From a virus: a stretch of DNA of 33,348 nucleotides. Both the position numbers and the translations under genes were made by a program. Shown in pieces: positions 9,806 to 19,790 of this stretch (its first letter is position 1; every line of letters starts with the position of its first letter). The stretch lies in the IMG/VR virus record IMGVR_UViG_3300045988_141923, positions 1-33,348 of that record; one strand, 5' to 3'. The notes beneath the pieces are model-generated. The model was not told the DNA's origin and did no database searches. It was given only the letters and a program-made list of their open reading frames with translations.

Positions 9806-10301
9806 CAGTTAACACATCGCTCTCAACTACTTTGTATTTATTTTTTATTCTTTCTGTCATATCTGTTATTGTTAATCTAAATTTGTCTTCGTATGGTTTT
9901 AATGCTTCACCTATATCATCAAACATTTCATAATAAGGCTTTCTTCCATTTAAAAATTTTCTCGTTCCACCTTCGCCTAAAAATAAGTCCATTGCCGTCT
10001 CCATTTTTTTATAAAAACTTCTAATTGCTTTTACTTTAGCTTCTTCATTCTGGCTTAAATAACCTTTACCTTTATGGTCTTGCTTTTTATCTATTATTAC
10101 CATTTGCATTTTTAATTCTTTTTTTGCTTCATTTATCATTCCTACACATTTATTATATTTTATTGGTAAATCTATATCTGCCAAATCAAACTCTAAATAT
10201 ATTTCATTTCCATTATTGTCCTTAACAATATTATCATCTTCATCCATTATGCCTAATTTTAAAATATCTTTTTTAGGCTTAATTTTTATATAATTTTCCA
10301 T
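9798..10301 (-). CDS. phage tail assembly-associated protein
   Basis: RBS GGAGGAAAC before ATG at 10301 (MENYIKIKPKKD); overlaps the Gp15-like gene. Confidence 0.65.
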   Translation of the reverse strand: MENYIKIKPKKDILKLGIMDEDDNIVKDNNGNEIYLEFDLADIDLPIKYNKCVGMINEAKKELKMQMVIIDKKQDHKGKGYLSQNEEAKVKAIRSFYKKMETAMDLFLGEGGTRKFLNGRKPYYEMFDDIGEALKPYEDKFRLTITDMTERIKNKYKVVESDVLTDE

Positions 10302-10324
10302 GTTTCCTCCATAATAAAAAAACA

Positions 10325-10350
10325 CTAGTCTTTCTAGTGTTTTTTTAATA
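10325..10350 (-). terminator. intrinsic terminator after the 10362..10820 gene
   Basis: AACACTAG-TCTTT-CTAGTGTT flanked by A/T runs; usable in both orientations. Confidence 0.75.
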
Positions 10351-10361
10351 AAATTATTATT

Positions 10362-10820
10362 TTACCAACCTGTTATTTCTACAAGTTTATAGCTTGACAC
10401 TTTTTCAGTAACTAAACCTAATGCTTTATATTTCCAAGTTGCATTTGGCTCTAAATTGTTTATATTGTCAACAGCAGTTCCTAATTGTGCTCCATTATCA
10501 TCATATAGGTTAAATGTTACTTGTACATAAGAATATGATTTGTCCGTATTGTTTTTTATTTCCCCTTCTATATAAGTTGTTCCTACAGCATCTGTTGTCT
10601 TTTTATCTGATATAAGAGTAAATTTTTCTTGTTTATTGTTGTTACTTGTTTGTACAGAACTATCTCCTCCACTTGCTATTGCTCCAATTCCAATAACAAT
10701 AACTAATATCCCTAAAATGACTCTTAAAACTGTATTTTTTAATCTTTTACCACATTCAGGGCACACTTTAGCACTTTTACTTACTTCTGTCCCACAATCT
10801 TTGCATACTTTCATTGCCAT
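10362..10820 (-). CDS. zinc-ribbon membrane protein with C-terminal FxLYD-like extracellular domain
   Basis: CKDCGTEV...CPECGKRL, TM helix, then EGEIKNNTDKSYSYVQVTFNLYDDNG. Confidence 0.8.
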   Translation of the reverse strand: MAMKVCKDCGTEVSKSAKVCPECGKRLKNTVLRVILGILVIVIGIGAIASGGDSSVQTSNNNKQEKFTLISDKKTTDAVGTTYIEGEIKNNTDKSYSYVQVTFNLYDDNGAQLGTAVDNINNLEPNATWKYKALGLVTEKVSSYKLVEITGW

Positions 10821-10856
10821 AATTATTCCTCCTTTTATAATATATAAAAGAAGTAT

Positions 10857-10905
10857 AATACATTGTAATTGAAAAAATTGTCGAATTTTGCAATTACAAT
10901 GTATT
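10857..10905. repeat. 15-bp perfect inverted repeat, 19-bp spacer
   Basis: AATACATTGTAATTG (10857-10871) and CAATTACAATGTATT (10891-10905), overlapping the promoter region of 10362..10820. Confidence 0.85.
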
Positions 10906-10920
10906 TATATGTTTTTTTAT

Positions 10921-11427
10921 TTAATTTCCTGTTTCTTCTGCAAATGTAGGTTTTCCGTCTGCAAATGTAACTGTTCCAAATGTTGGGTCCCCTGTATAGT
11001 TTATTGTATAATTTATTTTTGCACTATCTCCACCATTAGAGCCTATTTCTATTGAAACTGTCCATAATCTTGCTCTATATTTTGGTGTACTTCCAGCTTC
11101 ATCAACACTATATTTATCTATTTCTAATAAGCTTGTTTCAGCATCTGAACCAGTCAATAATCTATATCTTATATTGTCTATAAATTCAAATACTTCATCA
11201 CCTTTGTAGCATGTTTGTTCTACTCCTGATGTTAAGCCATAACTATCTACAGTTACATTTTTGTTTCTATGTATAATCCATTTTTCTTCTGTCTTTTCAG
11301 CATTGTAGTCTGTAGATTTATCAGTTATTCCTATGCCGATCAATGCCCAATTTGCTGTCTGCTCTTTTGGCTTTGTATTTAAAAATTCAACTAATTCATC
11401 TCTATTTATTTTTGTTAAATTTGCCAC
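10921..11427 (-). CDS. major tail tube protein
   Basis: Size, position, SGVEQTCYKGDEVFEFIDNIRYRL...TINYTGDPTFGTVTF. Confidence 0.75.
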   Translation of the reverse strand: MANLTKINRDELVEFLNTKPKEQTANWALIGIGITDKSTDYNAEKTEEKWIIHRNKNVTVDSYGLTSGVEQTCYKGDEVFEFIDNIRYRLLTGSDAETSLLEIDKYSVDEAGSTPKYRARLWTVSIEIGSNGGDSAKINYTINYTGDPTFGTVTFADGKPTFAEETGN

Positions 11428-11429
11428 TT

Positions 11430-11855
11430 TTATTCCTCCTTAAAATAATATAAAAAACATTGGATACGATAAATTGCTTCATTTGCATTAGTAGCAAATA
11501 TATAGCCATTTGTAGTCGCACCAATGTCATATACCCCAGGTATGACTGGAAAAATTTTTTCCTTTTTATTATTTTCTAACCAATTTCTTATGTCTTCAAA
11601 TGTTTTAGAATTATCTATATTGTTTTGTATATCTTCGTTCCAATGTAATTTACTATCAAAAGTAAACAAAAACTGTCTTTCAGAACCTCTTAAGAATTTG
11701 TTTAGTATTGGATTATATCCTGCATTTTCATTTATGGAATAAGCTTTAACTTTATCTACTAAATATTCTACATTCAACTCTGCATACTTATCTAAATACG
11801 GGCATTTAGCCATATAATCTCTTACTTTTTCTATCATTGCTTTTTCTTCTGACAT
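11430..11855 (-). CDS. tail terminator / minor capsid-type protein
   Basis: Position between connector and tail tube genes. Confidence 0.6.
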   Translation of the reverse strand: MSEEKAMIEKVRDYMAKCPYLDKYAELNVEYLVDKVKAYSINENAGYNPILNKFLRGSERQFLFTFDSKLHWNEDIQNNIDNSKTFEDIRNWLENNKKEKIFPVIPGVYDIGATTNGYIFATNANEAIYRIQCFLYYFKEE

Positions 11856-12304
11856 TATTTATCTATCTCCTTTTGACCTGCATTTAATATATCTTCAAAA
11901 TGGTCTGCCAACATTCTTTCTACAAAATGGTCTCCTCTTAGAGCTCCTCCATGATAATTCAATTTTTTACCACTTGGAACCTTCTTAATATTAGGTCTGC
12001 TCCAATACCTGCCACTTATAGGATCATGAAAAGCACCTTTTTTGTATTTAGGATCAACATATAAAACACCCTCGTGTTGATAATGAGCATAGGGTGTGTT
12101 TATATTAATTTCTCCACTTCCAATTTTTGTGGAATTATACATACTTGTTATCATTTGATTGCTATCTTGTGGCATATACTTATCAACATATCCCATAAAA
12201 CTGCTGTCGATTACTTTTTGTGTCCTTCCACCTTCAAGACCATATTTATCTATGATTTGTTGTTTTTGAATACCACTAAAAGCTACCATATAATCCAACT
12301 TCAT
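11855..12304 (-). CDS. minor capsid / head-tail joining protein
   Basis: PYAHYQHEGVLYVDPKYKKGAFHDPISGRYWSR and ADHFEDIL. Confidence 0.75.
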   Translation of the reverse strand: MKLDYMVAFSGIQKQQIIDKYGLEGGRTQKVIDSSFMGYVDKYMPQDSNQMITSMYNSTKIGSGEININTPYAHYQHEGVLYVDPKYKKGAFHDPISGRYWSRPNIKKVPSGKKLNYHGGALRGDHFVERMLADHFEDILNAGQKEIDK

Positions 12305-12305
12305 A

Positions 12306-12713
12306 TTAAGCTCCTGTTATAGCAAAATGCCACATATCTTCTGAACCATAGTCTTTAATAGCAATATTAGTAATTTTTATTACATCTTGATAATTTTCTA
12401 ATAATTTAATTATAGTAGTAAAGTCTTCTACTTTCTCTTTTACTAGATAATCATCGTTTTGCAATGTCCACGTTTTTTGCTCCTTTTTAAACTCTTCTGG
12501 CTTTTGATATGGTTTGTTTCTACTATCATTCATTAATATTCTTGCGGATAAACCATCACTTTTAGTTAATTGTGTCCCATTTATAGATACTCCATCATTA
12601 GAACTCCAAAAGCCTTTCACATAGCTTACTTTGTATGCTTTCTTATGGTCACTGTCTATATATTGATTTATTATGGTTATATCTTTGTCAAACATATCTT
12701 CCATATCAAACAC
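12306..12713 (-). CDS. minor capsid protein / head-tail connector
   Basis: Size and order in structural module. Confidence 0.6.
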   Translation of the reverse strand: MFDMEDMFDKDITIINQYIDSDHKKAYKVSYVKGFWSSNDGVSINGTQLTKSDGLSARILMNDSRNKPYQKPEEFKKEQKTWTLQNDDYLVKEKVEDFTTIIKLLENYQDVIKITNIAIKDYGSEDMWHFAITGA

Positions 12714-13131
12714 CTCTATATAATAAGCCTGTATGTAATAGATATAATCTAATTTCTTCTAGTATCTTATTTTTCTGGTTAGAAATTTCTTTTTCAAGGT
12801 CAGTTAAGTTAGTAGTATTTGCGAATGTTCTTGATAAATCGCCTACGCTTTCACTAGAAACGACTTTATCATTAACATTACTACTTGCTAACTTGTTTTT
12901 TCTTGATTCTAATTGTTCAATTTTAAACAATATATCAGCAACAGAGCAAGTTGCTATTTGTACTTCATCTTTATATTTTTCTATATCTCTATTAAAAATA
13001 TTTTTTTGTATTTCAGCGCTTGCTCTTAATGCTAATTTTTCAAAATTTTCTTCGGGCATGTCGCCCTTATATGAATCTACATAAAAATTATAATCGATAT
13101 AACTTGTCATGCCCTTTTCCTTTCTATGCAA
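12706..13131 (-). CDS. head-tail connector (DNA packaging-like)
   Basis: FYVDSYKGDMPEENFEKLALRASAEIQKN pattern upstream of the connectors. Confidence 0.6.
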   Translation of the reverse strand: MHRKEKGMTSYIDYNFYVDSYKGDMPEENFEKLALRASAEIQKNIFNRDIEKYKDEVQIATCSVADILFKIEQLESRKNKLASSNVNDKVVSSESVGDLSRTFANTTNLTDLEKEISNQKNKILEEIRLYLLHTGLLYRGV

Positions 13132-14221
13132 AGTCTACTAATAGATCATCATCCAAGTCTTTTACTCCATAGATAATATCAAAAGAAACTTTGTCAGTTT
13201 TTGTTTTAGAATCATAATCAAACACAACTCTAACAGCTAATCCATTTGCTGAAGCAATCGCTGCTTTAGCTGCTCCTTGTGGCAATTCTAGTTGTCTAGT
13301 TACTAGAGCTAGGCCGTTTCTATGGAAGCCTAAAGAGTGAGCTTTATTTATAAGCATTGCACTTACAGGTGTTTCTATTGCAAATGGTACTTTTTCAGTT
13401 ACTTTTAATGTTCCTGCCCCATCTGCTAAAGTTGCATCTTCTGCTACTTCAAATAAATAGCCATTAACGATTAATTTGTCTCCTGCTTTAATAGTACCTG
13501 TTTTTGCAGAGCCATCAGATACAGTGAATTGAATAGCTCCTTTTGTACATTTTACTTTATAAGCAGTAGCAGTTCCAGCTGTTGCCGATGTGTTTTCAGG
13601 TGTATTTTGGCTCATAAATGAGTTCATAGTGTAAACTTTTCCAATTTCAGCTTCTTTTAAAGCTTCACTATCTCCTTTGTAACATGCTTTAGCAAAATTA
13701 TCTAAAGTATTATATTTATACAAAGTATCTACTGCTAAGACTAAATTTCTGTTGTTATCTCTTGGAGCTTTCTTTTTATCTAATGCTTTTGCAACATTAG
13801 CAATATCTCCTATAACTGGTGTTGCTGATACAGATACTTTAGAACCAGCTTTTTCAATTCCTACTGTTAATAAATCAATGTCTACTGCTTGAGCAATTGC
13901 ACTTAATGCAGGAGTAATTACTTGTTCACTAAAATCTTTTATATCTAATGTCATTTCTTTTGATGTTACAGGGATTGTAACATCTCTGTATCTATCTAAT
14001 TTAACAGGCACTGAACCTTCTGATAGATTTTGTTCTTCTGTTTCTCCTATAAAATTTTTAGCAACAAATTTGCTTGGTTTTCTTACTGTTATAGTATCTC
14101 CTACTTGTACAAATTCTTTTGAATAATCTCTATGTACTAAATTAGCCATAGTTAAATTTGATTCTAATACCATTAATGCTTCATTAGCAATTATTTGTGG
14201 TGTTAATATTGTGTTTCCCAT
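13124..14221 (-). CDS. major capsid protein, P22 coat-like
   Basis: MGNTILTPQIIANEALMVLESNLTMANLVHRDYSKEFVQVGDTITVRKPSKF. Confidence 0.9.
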   Translation of the reverse strand: MGNTILTPQIIANEALMVLESNLTMANLVHRDYSKEFVQVGDTITVRKPSKFVAKNFIGETEEQNLSEGSVPVKLDRYRDVTIPVTSKEMTLDIKDFSEQVITPALSAIAQAVDIDLLTVGIEKAGSKVSVSATPVIGDIANVAKALDKKKAPRDNNRNLVLAVDTLYKYNTLDNFAKACYKGDSEALKEAEIGKVYTMNSFMSQNTPENTSATAGTATAYKVKCTKGAIQFTVSDGSAKTGTIKAGDKLIVNGYLFEVAEDATLADGAGTLKVTEKVPFAIETPVSAMLINKAHSLGFHRNGLALVTRQLELPQGAAKAAIASANGLAVRVVFDYDSKTKTDKVSFDIIYGVKDLDDDLLVDFA

Positions 14222-14241
14222 ATTCTATTACCTCTTTCTTT

Positions 14242-14793
14242 CTAATTATTTTGTTTTCTCCATTGTTTATAAGTGTTGTAGTCCATTTTTTCTGGATCTC
14301 CACTTATTACTTTTCCTTGCGGTCCTTGTGTTGGACCTGAAAATGTTGGCAAAGGTTTATCATTGTCAAATAAATAATCGTGACTTTCTTTGATAGAGTT
14401 TACTTGTTCCTCTAATCCCTCCACAATTTCAAATTTGTCATTATATTTAACCTTTTCCATGTCTAGCATTTTACTTAAAATACTAGCATCTTTTGCTTTA
14501 TACTTAGATAAAGCTTTGTCTAAAGCATTTTGCTTTTTGAAAACTTCGATTTCTTTAGAACCTTCTGTTTTGCCTCTTTCATACTCAGCTGTTTTAATAG
14601 CCTCGACGTCCACTTTTTCAAGTTCAGCTATTTTATTGTTCTTTTCTGAAATAGTAGTATCTTTAACATTTATTTGTTCTGTTAAATCATCTACTCTGGC
14701 TTTTAAAGATGTTACATCTTTTCCTGCTTCAGTCATTATTTTTTCAATGACGTCTGTTTCTAGCCCTAAATCTTCTAAAAATTTTCTTTTCAT
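14242..14793 (-). CDS. capsid scaffolding protein
   Basis: Coiled-coil protein directly upstream of the coat gene. Confidence 0.8.
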   Translation of the reverse strand: MKRKFLEDLGLETDVIEKIMTEAGKDVTSLKARVDDLTEQINVKDTTISEKNNKIAELEKVDVEAIKTAEYERGKTEGSKEIEVFKKQNALDKALSKYKAKDASILSKMLDMEKVKYNDKFEIVEGLEEQVNSIKESHDYLFDNDKPLPTFSGPTQGPQGKVISGDPEKMDYNTYKQWRKQNN

Positions 14794-14895
14794 AATGTTT
14801 CCTTTCTCCTACTACGAACTTTTACGTGTTTTTCGTTCACGATGTAGTTATGCACTTATTCACGACCTGCATACAGTCGAATTTTTGTATAAAAA

Positions 14896-14921
14896 ATAGA
14901 CTTTCAAACACGAAAGCCTAT
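14896..14921 (-). terminator. intrinsic terminator or attenuator in the leader of the scaffold/capsid operon
   Basis: Minus strand ATAGGCTTTC-GTGTTT-GAAAGTCTAT followed by TTTTT. Confidence 0.7.
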
Positions 14922-15040
14922 TAGTTATTTTACTTTTAGTTTAGTGTCATTGCGGACAATGAATATTTTACAATTTTCTGAATAAACTATTGATTATTAG
15001 CCTAATTTATAGTATAATTAAGTTAATAATATTATTAAAA

Positions 15041-15078
15041 GAAGTCAGTTGAGAACCTCTAGGTTCACAGTTGACTTC
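15041..15078 (-). terminator. intrinsic terminator after the minor head/toxin gene
   Basis: Minus strand GAAGTCA...TGACTTC long hairpin followed by TTTTAAT. Confidence 0.8.
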
Positions 15079-15080
15079 TT

Positions 15081-16742
15081 CTATTTTCTTTTATATATTT
15101 TTAGAAATTCTTTATCTTTAAGTAAAATAATCCTATCTAACCATAAAAAATGTTTTGAGTTATAGATATTTTCTACTTGTCTAATAGCTTCGTCTGTACT
15201 CATCTTTGATTTTGTTATATCTATTACAAAGTTATCAGCTTGTTTTTGTTTTCCTTTTAAGTTCCCTTGTATTACATATTTTCCACTACCGCTAATTTGT
15301 TTCAAATCATATCTTTTATTTTTTACTATATAATCTGGAGTCTTTATGCCTTTAGGTTCATTTATTCTTGGTATTATCTTTATATTTCCACCATATAATT
15401 CACCTAGCATATTTGCAACTTCTTTTTCTCTTTCTGTTGGTTCTAACAAAATATATTTACCATCTACATTATATCGATTTCCATTTTCATCGATATAATA
15501 TTGTTGTTCTATTAACTTAAAATCTTGTTTATCTTTTTTTATTATTTCTTCTGTTATGTCTATGTACTGCTTTTCTTTAGTATTGACTGACTTATAGCCT
15601 TTTACATGTTGTCTACTATAATCTTCTCTTAAGTCATTTTCTTGAGTAAATTTATGTAATCTGTCTTGCCACTCCTTTGTTTTTAAACTTGCTTTGTTAT
15701 AGCCATCTTCATCTTGCACTTTCTTTGCTATGACTTGTTTTCTTTTCCATTTACGAGTACCATTTTCTAAATATCTTTGTTTCTGTGTTTTTTCGTATTC
15801 TTCTTTATTTTCATCATAAGTAAATCCTAAATCTTCCTTTTTAGTTGAGCCATACCACACCGTAAATAAGTGTTTACAGTTGATTCCTACTATACCTTGA
15901 ACATCTCCATAATTGCAATGCTCCATAAAATCTGGTAATTTCTTTTCTTCTTCTGTTGCATTTCCATCATAGTTCCAACAAAAGAATTGTTTTCCTTGCC
16001 ACCAAGCATGGTTTGTGTAATCTTCTCCTCCATCTCCAGTTCTAGCTCCAAAGTGATTAGTGACTCTTACAATATGATTGCCACTTTCTTTTATTACTTC
16101 TTCATTTACTTTTCCTACTAGTCCTCTTGTTGCTACTAATAAATCTCTTCTTACTGTTCCCACAACATCATAGTTCTTTATTAAGCCGTTTTTGTCTTGG
16201 TAGGTAAGTATAGATATGCCTTTGTCGCCTAACTTGTCTAAACTCTCTAATATTGCCTCCTGATAGCTACAAACACCTGCATTTGTTTTCATGTATGTTT
16301 CTGTTATTATATCTGTATAAGTTTTCCTTACTTGTTCTTGTATAGTTTTGTTTAAATTTAGAAAAGATTTTTCTATTTCATCATAACTATATTGTATTAT
16401 ATTTTGTATATTTGCACTATTTATTATTGTTTCTGGATTTAATAAAGCATTTTTTTGTGTTGCTATATTTAATTGATCAACAGGTATAGAGCTTATGCCT
16501 ATATCTTTCATTGCTTTTGCTAATTCCTTTTTTGTTTTTCCTGTATATTCTTCTAATAGCTTTAATGTTTCATTATTTAGTCCTCCAAGTTCTTTTAGTT
16601 TTTCAAAATACCAATAATCACTATTAATAAATTCTTCATTTATTTTAAAATGCTCTGCAATTTTCTCTATTAGTTCTACTTCCATTTTAGAATATATACT
16701 TATAATAGACTTTATTGCACTTTGTATTTTATTTTCTATCAT
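15081..16742 (-). CDS. phage minor head protein (MuF / minor capsid 2-type) with C-terminal CdiA-like nuclease/toxin domain
   Basis: Head domain VRRDLLVATRGLVGKVNEEVIKESGNHIVRVTNHFGARTGDGGEDYTNHAWWQGKQFF...GINCKHLF; C-terminus REKEVANMLGELYGGNIKIIPRINEPKGIKTPDYIVKNKRYDLKQI... Confidence 0.8.
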   Translation of the reverse strand: MIENKIQSAIKSIISIYSKMEVELIEKIAEHFKINEEFINSDYWYFEKLKELGGLNNETLKLLEEYTGKTKKELAKAMKDIGISSIPVDQLNIATQKNALLNPETIINSANIQNIIQYSYDEIEKSFLNLNKTIQEQVRKTYTDIITETYMKTNAGVCSYQEAILESLDKLGDKGISILTYQDKNGLIKNYDVVGTVRRDLLVATRGLVGKVNEEVIKESGNHIVRVTNHFGARTGDGGEDYTNHAWWQGKQFFCWNYDGNATEEEKKLPDFMEHCNYGDVQGIVGINCKHLFTVWYGSTKKEDLGFTYDENKEEYEKTQKQRYLENGTRKWKRKQVIAKKVQDEDGYNKASLKTKEWQDRLHKFTQENDLREDYSRQHVKGYKSVNTKEKQYIDITEEIIKKDKQDFKLIEQQYYIDENGNRYNVDGKYILLEPTEREKEVANMLGELYGGNIKIIPRINEPKGIKTPDYIVKNKRYDLKQISGSGKYVIQGNLKGKQKQADNFVIDITKSKMSTDEAIRQVENIYNSKHFLWLDRIILLKDKEFLKIYKRK

Positions 16743-16745
16743 AAA

Positions 16746-18149
16746 CTATTCCTCTTGTACATCGTTAGGTATTTGTTCTTTGCTTCGTTCTCTCATTTTA
16801 TTGACATACTCTGTTGCTTCTTCTTCTGAATAATCTCTTGTTTGTACAAAGTATTCAATATCATCTATTAAGCCTGCATTCCTTTCTATTAAACTTTGTG
16901 ATTGTTTCTTTTCACTATCTATTAGAATGCTATCGTCCCAGTCAAAACTTGCAAGTGCTCCAACTTTATGCTTGATACCGTACAAACTCATTAAAATATC
17001 TATACTATAAATCAAATCTTCTAATGCTGTTTGTAATGCTCCTTGTATATCTGAAACTGTTACATAATAATCTTGTTTACTTGATTTTATTTCTGTTGCT
17101 GTCTTTTCAATATTTTCTATTTTAGATATAATTCCAAATACTAATCCACATTGGATTTCGCATTGCCTTAACCATTCATTTAATCCATTAAATAGTGCTG
17201 TATCTCTTATCGCTGGGCTAAATACATTCCATTTACTTGTTTTATCTCCGTCAATATCAATTGTTCTATATAATCTCTCTTTTCCTTTTGGTAATATTGA
17301 ATTGCCTGCTTTATCCTTTTTGAACATAAGTTCATCTATGTCAATGGCAAGTTCAGAGCCTTCATATTCCCATAATGTTCTGCTGAATTGTTTGTCTATT
17401 TCTTCTAATGTGCCAATTGCATTTGCAAATATTGCAACTCCAACTGGGCTAGTATTATCAACTGGATTCGCAATAGGTATTTTAAAGTATCCACCTAGTA
17501 ATCTATTAACATCGTTTATTTGTATTTCTTCTTGAATATTAGCCCAATCTTGTACTTGTGAAAGTGCTATTTGATTGCCTAATATATTAGCATTGTGCAA
17601 CGTAGTCTTATATGCTTTATTTTTTATTGTTAACGTTGTATCATTTAATTCTTGATATTCAAGTCTAGTGTAAATTTCTTTACCTCTTGTAATTTGATCA
17701 ATAAAAATAGCACCTAGTAATTCGCCAGTGCTATCAAATTTTGTTGGTATGAATTTGTCTGCTTGAATACAGCTAATTTTTATTTTCCCATTAGCATAAA
17801 ATGGTTTAAAAAACATTCCGCCTTTTCCTAACGCATACTCTGTATTAGTTCTTATATTTTTTATAAATCTTTGATAAATTTTATCTACTTCTTTGTCATC
17901 AACTTTAGATTTAAATTCTATTGTTACTGCTTTTGCAACTTTTTCGCATAATGTTTTTTCAACATGTAATGATTTTACTTCTTCATTTATCCATGGCGCT
18001 TTGCCATTATATATAGCAGACCACCTCTCGATTGCAGACAACACTTCATCGCTTGTTGATATATCTATATTAAAATCTTTTGCTATATCAGCTGTATTAA
18101 ACATTTTATTTATTGCTCCTTTTATAAAATTTATTATTCTTTCAAACAT
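16746..18149 (-). CDS. portal protein (SPP1 gp6-like)
   Basis: Start ATG at 18149 (MFERIINFIKG), just after the shifted terminase stop; typical portal sequence. Confidence 0.85.
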   Translation of the reverse strand: MFERIINFIKGAINKMFNTADIAKDFNIDISTSDEVLSAIERWSAIYNGKAPWINEEVKSLHVEKTLCEKVAKAVTIEFKSKVDDKEVDKIYQRFIKNIRTNTEYALGKGGMFFKPFYANGKIKISCIQADKFIPTKFDSTGELLGAIFIDQITRGKEIYTRLEYQELNDTTLTIKNKAYKTTLHNANILGNQIALSQVQDWANIQEEIQINDVNRLLGGYFKIPIANPVDNTSPVGVAIFANAIGTLEEIDKQFSRTLWEYEGSELAIDIDELMFKKDKAGNSILPKGKERLYRTIDIDGDKTSKWNVFSPAIRDTALFNGLNEWLRQCEIQCGLVFGIISKIENIEKTATEIKSSKQDYYVTVSDIQGALQTALEDLIYSIDILMSLYGIKHKVGALASFDWDDSILIDSEKKQSQSLIERNAGLIDDIEYFVQTRDYSEEEATEYVNKMRERSKEQIPNDVQEE

Positions 18150-18150
18150 T

Positions 18151-19786
18151 TTATTGTCCTCTCTTTTTCCATATACATTCAAGTCCGATAGCGTACGGCA
18201 TCGATATTATGATTATTCTTGTCTGGATAACCTGTAATGATATTTCCATCTTTATCTTTTTCTAATTCGTATTCGCTAAACTCTATTGCTGTTCCTGGGC
18301 ATCTTTTAGGATCTATTATTATCTTATTTAAACTTGCTAACCATTTCATGCTATATTCAACGCTTCCTGGTCTTTTTTCTGCTCCTCTTATAAATGCTCC
18401 ATAATTTTTGTAATCTCCTATTGATTTATTTTCTGCACTATCTGCAGTTATTAAATCGCTACTTGTTACTCCTTTATCTTGTAGCATTCTCCATGTTTTT
18501 TCATTAGATGTTTTATTACATCTTAATTCATCGAATATGTATAATGTTCTTCTTGCCATATCAAAGTGCATATTGTTGTAAGCAAAGGGGTCCGGATACC
18601 AGCCCCAATCAATGCCTTTGTATAGTCTATCAAAATGTGAAATTTCTTCATCAGTTATTTCTCTTAATTCAAGATTTTCAAATACACTACCTCCATCGCC
18701 AGTTTCTAATCCCAAATATTCATTTTCATATATTATCGGCGCTGTTTCTTTAGTGTATTCTGCTTCGTCTATAAAAGCTTGTCCTATCCACTCCCTTGGA
18801 GATGTTCTATAATCACTATGGTGTGATAATCTATTTGATTTTGGTATTCTTTTTTCTTTATTAACAAAATGTTGCCTACTTGCTGGAGTATTGAATGTAT
18901 AAAACTCAATAAAATCATTTCCACCTCTTATTACGGATTGATTTATTTTTCTCACTGCATTCATTCCTTGTATTTGGTCAAATTCTTCATACCATATTAT
19001 TCCTATATACATTCCTTTAGGTGGCTTTATTGATTTTATTTTGCCTGGATCATCTGTTCCTCTAAAATATATTTTTTGTCCTGTGCTTCTTTTAGTTATC
19101 TCCATTGGCGAAGTTTTAAAGCTGTAATCATCTATTAGCCCTGGATATGTTTCACTTAATTTATCAATTCCCCATTGAATTTGAGCATAAACTGAATCTT
19201 TTAAAGTATTGCTTACTCTTCTTATACATAATGCACACATATTAGGATTATTTTCTAATAATTCTGGTATCTTTTCTCCACAAAAAGAGGACTTCAATGA
19301 AGCCCTTCCACCATCTAACCAATATTCTAAATGTCCTCTGTTATCAATATCTCTGTTTAGGTCTATAAACGCACTCGACATATCACTTGCTGGTATTTTT
19401 ATTATTTGTTTTTCTTTTTCTTGTTTTTCTTTAGTTAGTTCAAGAAATTTCATATCTTTGTCTACTATAATTCCATACGCAGTTGCTAAATCTTTAACAT
19501 TAGTAAACCTATCAATATTGTCAACTTTTTCTTCCATCTTGTCAATCATTTTATTGAGCAATTTTATTCTTTTATTTTTCGTTTTGTCTAATTCATTTAA
19601 AACATTCTTTGTATTTTCTTCTTTTTTTTGAGCAAGATTTTGTTCGATGTCTTTATTCTCTTTTGTCAACCTTTTAACTGTATCAGGAGAAACATGAAAC
19701 CTTCTTGCTGTCTCTCTTAAATTTTGGCATTCTATATAACATGCAATTATTTGTTTTTTTTCTTCATCATTTAATCTCTTCGCCAT
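18151..19786 (-). CDS. terL: terminase large subunit with N-terminal HTH (TerS-like) domain; needs +1 shift at CGG (18187-18185)
   Basis: Walker A-like GGRASLKSSF, IIWYEEFDQ, nuclease-like GIDWGWYPDPFA. 0-frame ends AVRY-R-T*; the +1 product ends AVRY-G-LECIWKKRGQ* with TAA one base before the portal ATG. Confidence 0.9.
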
Positions 19787-19790
19787 AAAA

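Noticed and set aside
14390-14899. 169-aa plus-strand ORF antisense to the scaffold gene, also tested as possible immunity gene
   Set aside because: Low-complexity Ser/Leu/Phe antisense translation of a coiled-coil gene, with no convincing RBS.
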